A stretch of 64,000 nt of DNA, from assembly GCA_015068645.1 (NCBI GenBank), contig SVKD01000003.1:24471-88470 (forward strand), given 5' to 3'. This DNA comes from Oscillospiraceae bacterium (GTDB taxonomy: Bacteria > Bacillota > Clostridia > UMGS1840). The notes under the pieces are model-generated. The model was given only the letters and a program-made list of their open reading frames with translations, did no database searches and was not told where the DNA came from. Below, piece by piece: positions 62,920 through 64,000 of the stretch (position 1 is its first letter; every line of letters starts with the position of its first letter). The translations under genes were made by a program, and so were the position numbers.

Positions 62920-64000
62920 TTATTTATCGTCGTCTACAACGGTGTAATCCGCTTCATAAGCACCGTCGTCACCCTGTGCACCGCCGGTTGCACCTGCGCC
63001 ACCCACATCAGCACCGCCCATATCGGGAGCACCCTGAGGATAGAGCTTGGAAGCTACGGCATACATTTTCTGAGTGAGGGCTTCGGTACCTGCTTTAATC
63101 GCATCGGTATCATCACCTTTTAAGAGTTCTTTTAATTTATCAATTTCTGCCTGGATACCGGATTTATCTTCGTCACTTAACTTGTCACCTGCATCAGCCA
63201 AGGTTTTTTCGGTCTGATAAACCATGGAATCTGCCTGATTTCTCACGTCAATTGCTTCTTTTTTCTTCTTATCTTCTGCTGCAAACTGTTCTGCTTCTTT
63301 CACAGCTTTATCAATGTCCGCTTCAGATAAGTTGGTAGATGCGGTAATGGTGATGTTCTGTTCTTTGCCGGTGCCTAAATCTTTTGCACTAACATGAACA
63401 ATACCGTTGGCGTCAATATCGAAGGTAACTTCAATCTGGGGAACACCTCTGGGAGCTGCGGGAATACCGGAAAGCTGGAAGTTTCCTAAGGTTTTATTGT
63501 CGGCAGCCATTTCTCTTTCACCCTGCAGAATGTGAACGTCAACAGAAGTCTGACCGTCTGCTGCAGTAGAGAACACCTGACTTTTCTTGGTGGGGATGGT
63601 GGTATTTCTTTCAATCAACTTGGTGCAAACACCGCCTAATGTTTCAATACCCAAGGACAGCGGAGTTACGTCTAATAACAGTAAGTCTTTTACATCACCT
63701 GCTAATACGCCTGCCTGAATCGCTGCACCAATCGCAACACATTCGTCGGGGTTAATGCCTTTGAAGGGTTCTTTGCCGATGAATTTTTTCACAGCTTCCT
63801 GAACTGCAGGAATTCTGGAAGAACCACCAACCAACAGAACTTTTGCAATGTCGGAGGGAGATAAACCTGCATCTGCCATTGCTTTTTTAGTGGGTTCCAT
63901 GGTAGCCTGAACCAGATCTTCGGTCAACTGATCGAATTTTGCACGGGTTAAGGTGATATCCAAGTGTTTGGGACCGGTTGCATCAGCAGTGATAAAGGGC
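62920..64000 (-). CDS. dnaK: Molecular chaperone DnaK, C-terminal part (N-terminus outside the window)
   Basis: The frame stays open to the window edge ([25 protein letters not shown]...). Substrate-binding and lid domains are recognisable. Confidence 0.95.
   Translation of the reverse strand, partial: PFITADATGPKHLDITLTRAKFDQLTEDLVQATMEPTKKAMADAGLSPSDIAKVLLVGGSSRIPAVQEAVKKFIGKEPFKGINPDECVAIGAAIQAGVLAGDVKDLLLLDVTPLSLGIETLGGVCTKLIERNTTIPTKKSQVFSTAADGQTSVDVHILQGEREMAADNKTLGNFQLSGIPAAPRGVPQIEVTFDIDANGIVHVSAKDLGTGKEQNITITASTNLSEADIDKAVKEAEQFAAEDKKKKEAIDVRNQADSMVYQTEKTLADAGDKLSDEDKSGIQAEIDKLKELLKGDDTDAIKAGTEALTQKMYAVASKLYPQGAPDMGGADVGGAGATGGAQGDDGAYEADYTVVDDDK

Overview
The window looks like a 64-kb stretch of mostly core chromosome from a moderately AT-rich, endospore-forming Firmicute, probably a Clostridia-type organism. 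This inference rests on the sporulation genes ytfJ, ytfI-like and yunB, a dacB-like carboxypeptidase, and the scpA/scpB and dnaG-rpoD gene order. I support about 60 protein genes. They include a partial htrA, an OPT transporter with a PqqD-like gene, a phosphohexomutase, rluB, rpoD, dnaG, and a class A PBP followed by a truncated paralog. Also present are hisD, pyrE, nrdR, mnmA, glyA, rarA, polA, yycH/yycI-like genes, uppP, a type-2 ileS with a T-box leader, and a nahK-ROK-nagB-nagA amino-sugar cluster. The rest are a uracil permease with upp, a MATE pump, hisF, prmC, an sdpR/sdpI-like pair, dnaJ and a partial dnaK. There are two tRNA operons, 4 tRNAs on + and 5 on -. I saw no transposase, integrase, CRISPR array or recognisable defence or toxin module, so I cannot point to a clear novel protein-encoded system. 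The unexplained signal is mostly non-coding. (1) A ~113-nt hairpin-forming element starts a few nt after the stop codon of three unrelated genes, and two base-pair covariations separate two of its copies. (2) A 73-nt nested-hairpin repeat occurs 4 times, 3 of them identical. (3) A conserved AG-rich module sits between tandem terminators downstream of both tRNA operons. (4) A ~190-nt closed-stem RNA with its own terminator lies upstream of glyA and is possibly 6S-like. (5) A promoter-to-terminator leader or sRNA candidate precedes a lipoprotein gene. On the protein side, three items stand out: a tandem PBP paralog that lost the glycosyltransferase domain and has SxxK changed to SxxS, a tandem-AbrB plus zinc-ribbon regulator, and an OPT transporter translationally coupled to a PqqD/RRE-like protein. 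All functional calls come from reading the translations and motifs by eye; no database search was run.
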